Assembly (NCBI GenBank): GCA_023404805.1
Contig: JAEYAL010000156.1
Location: forward strand, 6,298 to 70,297
DNA: 64,000 bases
Reading direction: 5' to 3'
Origin: Actinomycetes bacterium
Lineage (GTDB): Bacteria; Actinomycetota; Thermoleophilia; Solirubrobacterales; Solirubrobacteraceae
Shown here: one piece after another, positions 51,325 through 59,126 of the stretch
Position numbering within the stretch: position 1 is the first letter of the stretch
How the letters are laid out: every line of letters starts with the position of its first letter
Position numbers and translations under genes: made by a program
Notes under the pieces: model-generated
What the model saw: only the letters and a program-made list of their open reading frames with translations
Told to the model about the DNA's origin: nothing
Database searches by the model: none

Positions 51325-51894
51325 TCAGTAGCGGGCGGGGGTCACGATCCACAGCGCCCGCGCTGTGGTGTCGCCGGGGTTCTCCCAGCGGTGTGGCGTG
51401 CGGCACGGGTACGTGAGCGCGTCGCCTGGAGTGAGGTGGAATTCCTCGTCATCGAGCCAGACGGTGAGTTGTCCGTCGAGCAGGAGCAGGCACTCTTCGT
51501 CGCCCGGGTGGTCGTAGGCCTTGGCGCCGCTGCTGGCACCGGGTTCGACGAAGGTCTCCAGCACCTCGAGCCGCGCCGCGGTCGCGGGGGTCACGAGGCG
51601 GTCGAGCACACCACGGTGCCGGACCTCGCGCCGATCGGACTCGCGCACGAGTGGTCCGGACCCACCTGCCTCGAACAGGTTGGCAACCGACTCGTCCATC
51701 GACTGCATGACGCGCGTGAGCGTCGCGATGGTCGGGCTGACCCGCCCGTTCTCAAGCCGGCTCAGGTAGGCGGGGCTGACCTCGGCGCGCGCCGCCACGG
51801 CTCGGGCCGACAGCCCTCGGGCGACGCGCAGCTGCCGGATGCGCCGACCGAGGGCGGCATCGCCAGTGCCAGACGCGTCAGGAAGGACCGACAT
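51325..51894 (-). CDS. XRE-family HTH regulator with a C-terminal cupin domain (PuuR-like architecture)
   Basis: LGRRIRQLRVARGLSARAVAARAEVSPAYLSRLENG is the helix-turn-helix. The cupin part is HPGDEECLLLLDGQLTVWLDDEEFHLTPGDALTY. Confidence 0.85.
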   Translation of the reverse strand: MSVLPDASGTGDAALGRRIRQLRVARGLSARAVAARAEVSPAYLSRLENGRVSPTIATLTRVMQSMDESVANLFEAGGSGPLVRESDRREVRHRGVLDRLVTPATAARLEVLETFVEPGASSGAKAYDHPGDEECLLLLDGQLTVWLDDEEFHLTPGDALTYPCRTPHRWENPGDTTARALWIVTPARY

Positions 51895-52041
51895 TGCGCG
51901 CGCAGTCTAGCTAGATCGAAGGTCCGTGGTCGAAGCCCGCCGGGCTCGTTCGTGCATCCGCCATCGCGGGCTTCGGCCACGGCCGCCCGGGCCGGGCGGC
52001 GATCGTGAGGTATGACGCCGCTCGTTGGCGCGCGCGTCACG

Positions 52042-52515
52042 TCAGGCTGCGGAATCTCCCGCTGGACCGGGGCCTTCGGCGGCCTCCTGCGGACCGTCGG
52101 CGAGCTTGAGCCAGACGACGCCCCCGATGATGACGGCGAGCCAGAACGCCCGCGCGGCGGTGAGCGACTCATCGAACAGCACGGGGCCGAGGAGCGCCGC
52201 GCCAACGGCCCCGATCCCGGCCCACACCGCGTAGCCGATCCCGACGTCGATCGAGCGCAGCGCGATGCTCAGTGCCAGCAGCGTGAGCAAGAAGAACACG
52301 CCGGCGGCGATCGACCAGCCCGGGATCGTGAACCCTTCACTCCCGCCGACGCTGAGCGCGTAGCCGACCTCGAACGCTCCCGCGAGGAACAGGACGAGCC
52401 ACGCGCGGCCGTCGGTCTGGTGCGCCGACGCGTCCGGGGACGCGGGCCGCTCGTGCGGCTCATGGGCTCGGAGGGCAGGCCGCGCCGCTGAGGTGCTGGA
52501 ACTCGTGGTGCTCAT
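52042..52515 (-). CDS. SMR-family small multidrug resistance protein with an N-terminal extension (paired subunit)
   Basis: The internal ATG at 52515 overlaps the upstream stop. WLVLFLAGAFEVGYALS carries the membrane Glu, and GIGYAVWAGIGAVGAALLG is present. Confidence 0.75.
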   Translation of the reverse strand: MSTTSSSTSAARPALRAHEPHERPASPDASAHQTDGRAWLVLFLAGAFEVGYALSVGGSEGFTIPGWSIAAGVFFLLTLLALSIALRSIDVGIGYAVWAGIGAVGAALLGPVLFDESLTAARAFWLAVIIGGVVWLKLADGPQEAAEGPGPAGDSAA

Positions 52516-52835
52516 CACGCGGCTCCGCTGAGCTGGAGGCCGACGACACCTGCCACGACGATGCCGATGCCAAGCAGCTGCCTGCGGGACGGGCGCTGCC
52601 CGAGCGAGACCGCGCCGACAATCACGATGCCGACGCCGGCGATCGAGGTCCACAGCGCGTAGCCGACTCCCACGTCGAAGGTGAGCAGCGCTTGACTCAA
52701 GAAGAACGTGGCGATCGCGCCGCTGATCAGCGTCGCCGCCGTCCACTTGGCGTTTCTGAAGCCTTCCGCCTTGCTGGCGGAGATCGCCACCGTGATCTCG
52801 AAGATCACCGCGATCCCTAGATAGACCCAACTCAT
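52515..52835 (-). CDS. SMR-family small multidrug resistance protein (paired subunit)
   Basis: The internal ATG at 52835 gives MSWVYLGIAVIFEITVAIS (conserved Glu). GVGYALWTSIAGVGIVIVG is present. The protein is 106 aa. Confidence 0.85.
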   Translation of the reverse strand: MSWVYLGIAVIFEITVAISASKAEGFRNAKWTAATLISGAIATFFLSQALLTFDVGVGYALWTSIAGVGIVIVGAVSLGQRPSRRQLLGIGIVVAGVVGLQLSGAA

Positions 52836-52878
52836 CGTGTTCCCCCGAATGTCGCTCGTGCTGGCGCGATGCAGCTGT

Positions 52879-52906
52879 ATTGCTGCGTGTACATACATAT
52901 AGCAAT
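52879..52906. promoter_or_regulatory. AT-rich box with inverted repeat between marR and the SMR genes (candidate MarR operator)
   Basis: ATTGCT-N16-AGCAAT encloses GTGTACATACATATAGC. A related box, GCACATGCATATACATG, lies at 53434-53450 upstream of marR. Confidence 0.4.
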
Positions 52907-52955
52907 CGGCGGGCGCCGGATGGCGGTGCTTGTCCCCAAACGGGGGAGAAGCTGT

Positions 52956-53402
52956 TCAGGCGGCCGTGAGCAGGTCGCTGATCTGGGCGACGTCCCTGGC
53001 GAGCTGGCCGGCGTCAGCGTCGGGAGCCTGCGTCGCGACCTCGCGCAGCAGCTCGCTGACGCGCGCGGCATACGGGCTGCGGACCGCGTCGACGAGCGCC
53101 CGTCCTTCGTCCGTGAGCACCGCGTAGACGCCGCGCGCATCGTCGGGGCAGAGGTCGCGCCGCGTCAGGCCTTTCGCCTCCAGCCGGCTGATCAGCCGGG
53201 TGACGGAGCTCTGGTTGAGTCCGATCTGCGCGGCGAGGTCGTTCACTCGCAATTCGCTGTCGGACGCATCAGCGAGCCGCACCAGTGCCCGGTAGTCCGT
53301 GAGTCCGACGCGATAGGCGTCGACCAGCCATTTGCCAAGGCTCGCGTCGACGGCCACCACGAACGCGGCGATCCGCGACCACGCAGCCCCCGGGTCGCTC
53401 AT
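52956..53402 (-). CDS. MarR-family transcriptional regulator
   Basis: The internal ATG is at 53402. LTDYRALVRLADASDSELRVNDLAAQIGLNQSSVTRLISRLEAKGLTRR is the winged helix-turn-helix. Confidence 0.85.
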   Translation of the reverse strand: MSDPGAAWSRIAAFVVAVDASLGKWLVDAYRVGLTDYRALVRLADASDSELRVNDLAAQIGLNQSSVTRLISRLEAKGLTRRDLCPDDARGVYAVLTDEGRALVDAVRSPYAARVSELLREVATQAPDADAGQLARDVAQISDLLTAA

Positions 53403-53573
53403 CGGACCGCGTCTGCGTGGCGCTGAACAATCTGCACATGCATATACATGAGCGTACCGCGCGCGGCGACTCGCGGGCGCGGGCCGTTTGAACCTCCCCC
53501 GTCGACCACCGCTTGAGCTCGGAGCGGCGAAGCGCGTCGTTCGCCCCGCGCCGGAAGGAGTCACCCAGAACGC

Positions 53574-53601
53574 AGAAAGCCCCGCGAGTGCGGGGCTTTC
53601 T
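53574..53601 (-). terminator. stem-loop immediately downstream of tRNA-Met
   Basis: AGAAAGCCCCGC-gagt-GCGGGGCTTTCT forms a 12-bp stem. The sequence is very similar to the hairpin after tRNA-Gln. Confidence 0.6.
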
Positions 53602-53604
53602 GTA

Positions 53605-53678
53605 TGCCGGTGGAGAGACTTGAACTCCCGACACGCGGATTATGATTCCGCTGCTCTAACCGACTGAGCTACACCGGC
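53605..53678 (-). tRNA. tRNA-Met (anticodon CAT), elongator type
   Basis: The reverse complement is GCCGGTGTAGCTCAGTCGGTTAGAGCAGCGGAATCATAATCCGCGTGTCGGGAGTTCAAGTCTCTCCACCGGCA. It folds as a cloverleaf with a G1-C72 pair and lacks the three G-C pairs of an initiator anticodon stem. A lysidine-modified tRNA-Ile2 cannot be excluded. Confidence 0.85.
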
Positions 53679-53730
53679 CAGTCGAGCGTCGATCCTAGCG
53701 AACGGCCGCACGGCGGGCCGTGTGGCTGGA

Positions 53731-54162
53731 CTAACCGAGCTTGCGCGCCACGAGGCCCGACACGACCTTGCCGTCGGCGCCGTCGCCGGCCGCGGCGAGC
53801 ACGTGCTTCATCACGGCGCCCATGTCCTTCTTGGTGGTCGCGCCGGTCTCGGCGATCGCGGCGTCGACCAGGGCGGCGAGCTCGTCTTCGCCGAGCTGCT
53901 TGGGGAGGAAGGTCTCGATGAGGTCGGCCTCGGACTGCTCGGCGGCGGCAAGCTCGGCGCGGCCGTTCTCGGCGTACACCTCGGCCGACTGCAGGCGGCG
54001 CTTGCGCTCGCGCTTGAGGACGGCCACCTCGTCGACGGAGCCGGTGTCCTTGAGCTCCTTCTGGAGCGCATCGCGGATCAGGCGCAGGGCGTCGCGGCGG
54101 GTGGCGTCGCGCTGCTTCTGAGCTTCGGTGATCTGCGCGCTGAGGTCGTCGAGGATGGCCAT
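53731..54162 (-). CDS. GatB/YqeY domain protein
   Basis: The internal ATG at 54162 gives MAILDDLSAQITEAQKQRDATRRDALRLIRDAL...LKRERKRRLQSAEVY...MGAVMKHV. The 143-aa protein is a typical YqeY. The rest of the 1083-aa ORF is shadow. Confidence 0.85.
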   Translation of the reverse strand: MAILDDLSAQITEAQKQRDATRRDALRLIRDALQKELKDTGSVDEVAVLKRERKRRLQSAEVYAENGRAELAAAEQSEADLIETFLPKQLGEDELAALVDAAIAETGATTKKDMGAVMKHVLAAAGDGADGKVVSGLVARKLG

Positions 54163-54309
54163 GGTGTCGAGCCTACGGCGCCGGCGCGATGGTGGCGCGA
54201 TACCGTCCTTGGTCAGCGCGACTCCGGACGCTCCTGCGTGTTCAATGAGACGCAGCCCGGCATCGCCCCGCCGCACGCCGTCCAGGCCCAGGCCCCGAGG
54301 TCCCTCTTC

Positions 54310-54981
54310 ATGCCCCACGTTTCCGCACGCGTCCGTCTCGCCTTCGCCGTCCTTGCTGCCTTCGCGGCGGCGGCTCTCGGTGCGGTGCCCGCGCAGGCGC
54401 AGACGGCCCCGACGACCATCAACACGGTCGTGGTGCGGATGACGGGCCAGATGACGGTCAAGCTCGACAAGACGTTCCTGGCGACCGTGAAGAAGTCGAG
54501 GGGCAAGGTCTCGGCCACGCTCGGCGCCAAGTACTCGAGCAAGAAGCGCCTGATGACGCTGCCGGTCGACGCGAGCACCACGATCACGCTCTCGCCGAGC
54601 CGCGCCGACATCCTCTCGACGGGCCGGCTGATGATCCGCCGCCCCGACGGCCGCAAGATCGTCGTGGACGACATCGCGCTGCGCGTGCGGGCCGAGGGCG
54701 CCGACGTGTCCGGCACGGTCCGCGGCCGCCCGCAGCGCGAGTTCGCAGCGCTCACGGTGTCGCCGACGACCGAGATCCAGCAGGGCGACACGGGCTACAA
54801 CTTCGTCGACCTGCAGATGATCGTCTCCGAAGACCTCGCCGCCGCGGCCAAGAAGGCCAAGATCAAGGGCGTCAACGCCGGCGCGCTGCTCGGACTGCTC
54901 ACCGCTCAGGTGACGGCCGACCTGCCGAGCCTGTCGCTGCCGGGCCTCGGCGGCCTGGTGCCGCCGGTGCCAGGGGCGTAG
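54310..54981 (+). CDS. secreted hypothetical protein
   Basis: The ATG at 54310 starts the signal peptide MPHVSARVRLAFAVLAAFAAAALGAVPAQAQ. The protein is Lys/Thr-rich and I recognise no motif. Confidence 0.6.
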   Translation: MPHVSARVRLAFAVLAAFAAAALGAVPAQAQTAPTTINTVVVRMTGQMTVKLDKTFLATVKKSRGKVSATLGAKYSSKKRLMTLPVDASTTITLSPSRADILSTGRLMIRRPDGRKIVVDDIALRVRAEGADVSGTVRGRPQREFAALTVSPTTEIQQGDTGYNFVDLQMIVSEDLAAAAKKAKIKGVNAGALLGLLTAQVTADLPSLSLPGLGGLVPPVPGA

Positions 54982-55084
54982 GCGCGCACGTCTCGCGCGG
55001 CCAAGTCGCGGTGCGGCCGTAGGGCGACCCGAGCTGACCCCGTCCTCGCCTGTGCGATGTCGCACGGGTGAGTGACATTCCGCC

Positions 55085-56095
55085 GTGGGGGCGGCCAAAA
55101 TAACGGCCGTGGATCCAGCTCGGGACACCTCGATCGACCCGCACCGCCTCGATGTGGCGTACCGCCAGATCGTCGAGCACTGCGTGGGCATCGGCCCCGG
55201 CGACGACGTGCTGATCGTGATCGACCCCGAACGCCGCGGCATCGGCGGCGGATTGCTCGAAGCCGTGCAGGACGCCGGTGCTGAGCCGGCCGTCGCGGTG
55301 CTCCCGCCGAGCGCGGCGCGCGGCAGCGAACCGACTCGCGCGATCGCCGCCGCGATGCTGGCCGCCGACGCGTTCCTGGCGCCGTGTCTGCCGTCGCTCA
55401 GCCACACGCAGGCGCGCAAGGCCGCCACCGCCGCTGGCGTGCGCGGCGCAACGCTCCCGGGCGCCACGATCGGCATGCTCTCGAGGCTGATGACGGCTGA
55501 CCTCGACCTTGTCGCGCAGCGCTCGGCAGCGGTCGCGGAGCTGCTCACGACCGCCACGACGGCCACGGTCACCTGCGCATCCGGCACCGACCTGACGCTC
55601 GACCTCACCGCCCGCAGCGGCATCAGCGACGACGGCGACCTCCGCGCGCCGGGCGCGTTCGGGAACCTGCCGTGCGGCGAGGGGTTCGTGTCGCCACGCG
55701 CCGGCGACGGCGTGATCGCCGCGCACGTGCTGCCGACCAGCGGGATCGGCGGCGAGCCGGTCCACCTCACGGTCGACGGCGGCCTGCTGACGGGCGCCGA
55801 GGGCGGCCCGGGGGCCGCAGCCGAGACCTTCCTCGCGGCCCTCGACGCCCACGGACCGCAGGCCCGGACCATCGCGGAGCTCGGCATCGGCACCAACGAG
55901 AACGCGCAGATCACCGGCAACGTCCTCGAAGACGAGAAGGTCCTCGGGACCGCGCACATCGCGTTCGGCGCGAGCGCGGGCATCGGCGGCGACGTCGCCG
56001 TGCCGGTCCACCTCGACGTCGTCGTCCTGAAGCCGACGGTGCACGTCGGCGGCACGCTCGTCGTCGACGCGGGCCGCTTCGTGCTCGGCGCATGA
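55085..56095 (+). CDS. aminopeptidase-like protein (M29 / aminopeptidase T-like fold)
   Basis: GNLPCGEGFVSP, ELGIGTN and VLEDEKVLGTAHIAFG are reminiscent of the M29 family. This assignment is from memory only. Confidence 0.55.
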   Translation: MGAAKITAVDPARDTSIDPHRLDVAYRQIVEHCVGIGPGDDVLIVIDPERRGIGGGLLEAVQDAGAEPAVAVLPPSAARGSEPTRAIAAAMLAADAFLAPCLPSLSHTQARKAATAAGVRGATLPGATIGMLSRLMTADLDLVAQRSAAVAELLTTATTATVTCASGTDLTLDLTARSGISDDGDLRAPGAFGNLPCGEGFVSPRAGDGVIAAHVLPTSGIGGEPVHLTVDGGLLTGAEGGPGAAAETFLAALDAHGPQARTIAELGIGTNENAQITGNVLEDEKVLGTAHIAFGASAGIGGDVAVPVHLDVVVLKPTVHVGGTLVVDAGRFVLGA

Positions 56096-57003
56096 CGCCG
56101 GTCGCCGCACCCGCCGCGCCGCTGCTGATGGCGGTGCCGAACGTCTCCGAGGGCCGGGACGCAGCGGCCGTCGCCGCGATCGGCGCGGCCTACGTGGCCG
56201 GGGGCGCGAGCCTGATTGCGACGCATCTCGACGTCGACCACCACCGCAGCGTCCACACGCTCGCCGCGCCGCAGGGCCAGCTGGCGCTCGCGCTCGCCGC
56301 GGGCGCCCGCGCGGCCGTCGCCGCCATCGACCTGACGACGAGCCGTGGACTGCATCCGCACGTCGGCGCGCTCGACGTCTGCCCGGTCGTGTTCCTCGAC
56401 GACGCGCGCGCCGGGGCTGCGGTCGCCGAGGCGCTGCTGACCGCGCAGCTGCTGGCCGAGACTGGGATCCCCGTCTTGCTCTACGGCGAGCTCGCGGGCG
56501 GACGCACCCGCGCGTTCCTGCGGCGCGGTGGCACGGCCGAGCTGCTCCGGCGGGTCGAGGAGGGCGAGCTGAAGCCCGACTTCGGGCCCGGGCGCATCGA
56601 CCCGCGTGTCGGCGCCGCGCTCGTGGCGGCGCGCCCGCCGCTGGTCGCGTTCAACCTCGAGCTCGAGCCGCGGGCCACGGTCGCCGACGCCAAGCTCATC
56701 GCCGCGCTGATCCGCGAGGGCGGGGAAGAGGGGCTGCCTGGGCTCCGGGCGATCGGCTTGGAGCTCGCCGCGGCTGGCGGTGTCGCGCAGGTGTCGTGCA
56801 ACATCGAAGACCACCGAGCCGTGCCGCTCGCGCGGCTCGTCGAAGCGGTGGCGCGCCACGCGGCGGTGGCCCGCTGCGAGCTGGTGGGGCTGCTCCCGCG
56901 TTCGGCGCTCGATGGCTTCCCGGCGGACCTCGAGATCGCGAACCTCGCCACGATCGAAGACGCCCTGGCCCGCGCCGGGCATCCGGCCGACGGCGACCTC
57001 TAA
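56092..57003 (+). CDS. glutamate formimidoyltransferase (FtcD N-terminal type)
   Basis: The ATG at 56092 overlaps the upstream stop (ATGA). LLMAVPNVSEGRD, HPHVGALDVCPVV and AFNLEL are present. Confidence 0.8.
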   Translation: MTPVAAPAAPLLMAVPNVSEGRDAAAVAAIGAAYVAGGASLIATHLDVDHHRSVHTLAAPQGQLALALAAGARAAVAAIDLTTSRGLHPHVGALDVCPVVFLDDARAGAAVAEALLTAQLLAETGIPVLLYGELAGGRTRAFLRRGGTAELLRRVEEGELKPDFGPGRIDPRVGAALVAARPPLVAFNLELEPRATVADAKLIAALIREGGEEGLPGLRAIGLELAAAGGVAQVSCNIEDHRAVPLARLVEAVARHAAVARCELVGLLPRSALDGFPADLEIANLATIEDALARAGHPADGDL

Positions 57004-57016
57004 GCTCCGTCCTCAC

Positions 57017-57349
57017 ATGGGCGAGACCAAGAAACGTCGGCAGACCAAGCACCGCGGCAACGCGGCAGGCATGGTCGAGAGCCGCGGCCGCACGGGCGCC
57101 CGCACGACCGGTCCGGCCACGACGACGGCTGACGGCCGCAAGATCCCGCAGCCGGCGAGCTGGCAGAAGGCGTTCCTCAAGGCGCTGCTGCCCGTCGTGA
57201 TCCTGCTGCCGGTGCTGCTGCTCACCAACAAGAAGGCCTCGACGATCTCGGTGATCGGGCTCGTCGTCTTCGCGTACGTGATGTACGTGCCGCTGTCCTA
57301 CTACTCCGACCGCTGGGTCTACAACCGCTACCTCAAGCGCGGCGCATGA
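57017..57349 (+). CDS. small membrane protein with a basic N-terminus
   Basis: The ATG at 57017 gives MGETKKRRQTKHRGN.... Two hydrophobic helices follow. The stop overlaps the next gene's start. Confidence 0.55.
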   Translation: MGETKKRRQTKHRGNAAGMVESRGRTGARTTGPATTTADGRKIPQPASWQKAFLKALLPVVILLPVLLLTNKKASTISVIGLVVFAYVMYVPLSYYSDRWVYNRYLKRGA

Positions 57350-57996
57350 CCCTCGACATCCGGATGTTCACGGTCGGCGCGATCCAGGAGAACAGCTTCC
57401 TGGTCCGCGCCTCCGAGGACGCGAAGGAAGCCGTGGTCATCGACCCGGGCGCCGAGGCGCCGCGCTTCCTCAAGGCGCTTGAGGAGCTCGACGTCACGCT
57501 TGCCGGGATCCTGCTCACGCACACGCACTTCGACCACGTCGGCGCGGTCGCGGAGCTGGCGGAGGCCACCGGCGCTGAGGTCTGGGTGCCGGAGCTCGAG
57601 CACGAGCTGCTGCTCAAGATCGACGAGATCATGGGCGCGCGCGGCGGGATGTTCGCCCAGTTCGGGCCGTTCACGCCGTACGACGCCGAGCACACGGTCG
57701 CCGGTGGCGATGTCGTCGAGCTCGCGGGCCTCGCCTTCGACGTCGTCTTCACGCCGGGCCACTCGATCGGCCACGTGGTCTACGCGCCGCAGGGCCACCC
57801 GTTCCTGCTGTCCGGCGACGTGCTCTTCCAGGGCTCGATCGGCCGCACCGACCTCCCGGGCGGCGACCACCCGCGGCTGCTGCAGTCGATCGCCGAGCTG
57901 ATGGAGCGCTTCGATCCCGAGACGACCGTGCTGCCGGGCCACATGGGTCCGACGACCCTCGGCGCCGAGGCGCGGTCCAACCCCTTCCTGCGGTAG
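57346..57996 (+). CDS. MBL-fold metallohydrolase (glyoxalase II-like)
   Basis: THTHFDHVG, TPGHSIGH and GDVLFQGSIGRTDLPGG motifs are present. Confidence 0.9.
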   Translation: MTLDIRMFTVGAIQENSFLVRASEDAKEAVVIDPGAEAPRFLKALEELDVTLAGILLTHTHFDHVGAVAELAEATGAEVWVPELEHELLLKIDEIMGARGGMFAQFGPFTPYDAEHTVAGGDVVELAGLAFDVVFTPGHSIGHVVYAPQGHPFLLSGDVLFQGSIGRTDLPGGDHPRLLQSIAELMERFDPETTVLPGHMGPTTLGAEARSNPFLR

Positions 57997-58092
57997 AGGC
58001 GGGGCGGCAGGCCGGGCCTGCGCAGCGCGCCGGCGGCCCAGCGCTCAGCTCGGTGCGCGCCGGCTAGCTGTCCGGGGTCTGAGAACGCGAAG

Positions 58093-58125
58093 GGGGCGCG
58101 AGAGCCCCCACTGCTCTCGCGCCCC
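58093..58125. terminator. stem-loop between convergent genes
   Basis: GGGGCGCGAGAG-cccccactg-CTCTCGCGCCCC forms a perfect 12-bp stem. Confidence 0.55.
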
Positions 58126-58232
58126 TGCGCTTTCGGGCTGTCCCCCTCCCGAAGATGGTGCCGGCCCATGTCCCGTGGGCCAGCGTGCCCGGCGCGTGTC
58201 CCGCGCGCCGGCCAAGGTTGTTGATCAGGCGG

Positions 58233-58871
58233 CTAGCAGAGGACGCCCACGTGGAAGGGGCGGTCTGCGCGGACCCCGTTGATCATCGAGGTGGTCACGT
58301 CGATCGTGTCGGGCTGGTCGACGGCCTTGTCGACCGAGACGATGCCCTCCTGCAGGACCGCTGCGGTGCTGCCGCCCTGGGCGACGTAGGCGCACTGGGT
58401 CACGTCGCGGTTGAACTTGACGTCGTAGGTGCCGAGGCCCGTGCGGACCGTGCTGACGACGTGGCTGCTGCCGCGCGAGAGGTCGCCGTTCGGGAAGACC
58501 ACCGCGAAGATCGGGCGGGCGTCCTCGGCGAGCTTGGCGTGGGTCACGGCCTTGTCGGCGATCTTCGGCGTGGTGACGGCGTTGTCGGCGATCTTGGCCG
58601 GCTGGACGGCGTTGTCGGCGAGCTTGCCCGAGCTGACGGAGCCGTCGGCGAGGCTGAAGCCGGTCACGGCGCCCGTGCCGAGCTTGGCGGCGGTGACGGC
58701 GCCCTCCTTGAGGTCTGCGCCGCGGACGGAGCCGTTGACGATGGAGTTCGAGTTGACCGAGTTCTTCGCGACCTTGACGGCGGCGTACGAGGTGCCGGAC
58801 ACCGAGAAGACCAGTGCGGTCGTCGCGATGATGGTGCTGGCGTTCGGTCGGTTGAGCTTGAAGTTGCGCAT
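58233..58871 (-). CDS. secreted 10-residue-repeat protein (paralog family with 14599..15189)
   Basis: The signal-like N-terminus ends in SGTSYAA. About 8 decapeptide repeats follow (e.g. DNAVQPAKIA DNAVTTPKIA DKAVTHAKLA). The C-terminal ~90-aa domain has 2 Cys. Confidence 0.7.
   Translation of the reverse strand: MRNFKLNRPNASTIIATTALVFSVSGTSYAAVKVAKNSVNSNSIVNGSVRGADLKEGAVTAAKLGTGAVTGFSLADGSVSSGKLADNAVQPAKIADNAVTTPKIADKAVTHAKLAEDARPIFAVVFPNGDLSRGSSHVVSTVRTGLGTYDVKFNRDVTQCAYVAQGGSTAAVLQEGIVSVDKAVDQPDTIDVTTSMINGVRADRPFHVGVLC
58521..58760 (-). repeat. degenerate 30-bp tandem repeat (about 8 units) inside the CDS
   Basis: Units on the plus strand read cttgtcggcgatcttcggcgtggtgacggc / gttgtcggcgatcttggccggctggacggc / gttgtcggcgagcttgcccgagctgacgga and so on. 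They encode the decapeptide repeats. Confidence 0.85.
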
Positions 58872-58980
58872 CGGAGTGTTCCCTGTGTGTTGGTGACGTG
58901 TGGCTGGTCGTGGGGTGATCCGGCGTTGAGAGCACTATTCCGCGGCGCCGCGGCCCGGTCTGCCGGCTCCGCGACGGTCG

Positions 58981-59002
58981 TTGTGTCAAGTTCGCGACAC
59001 AA
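58981..59002. promoter_or_regulatory. inverted repeat in the divergent region between 58233..58871 and the Crp-family gene
   Basis: TTGTGTC-aagttcgc-GACACAA has perfect 7-bp arms. Confidence 0.4.
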
Positions 59003-59126
59003 GGGCGGGCGCGCTCGCTGGTGACGAGGTACGGGTCAGATTTTCCGGCGTATGGCCGGGTAACCGCCAGAGGGCGGCGGCCGGTTGTGAATCGCGGGCG
59101 ACCGCCTGGCGGGATAGGCTCGCGCG

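Noticed and set aside
53731-56982. 1083-aa ORF on the minus strand.
   Set aside because: Only the last 143 codons (53731..54162) form a recognisable GatB/YqeY protein. The upstream part is antisense to three well-supported plus-strand genes and has shadow-ORF composition.
58521-58760. Regular 30-bp periodicity that could be mistaken for a CRISPR array. The 2-copy repeat at 15330..15451 raises the same question.
   Set aside because: The 30-bp units are contiguous with no spacers, are degenerate, and lie in frame inside a CDS encoding decapeptide repeats. The other element has only two adjacent copies. No cas genes are present.
59085-59091. TTGTGAA half-site resembling the Rex operator (TTGTGAA-N6-TTCACAA).
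   Set aside because: No matching TTCACAA half follows at the right spacing. A single heptamer is not evidence for a Rex box.
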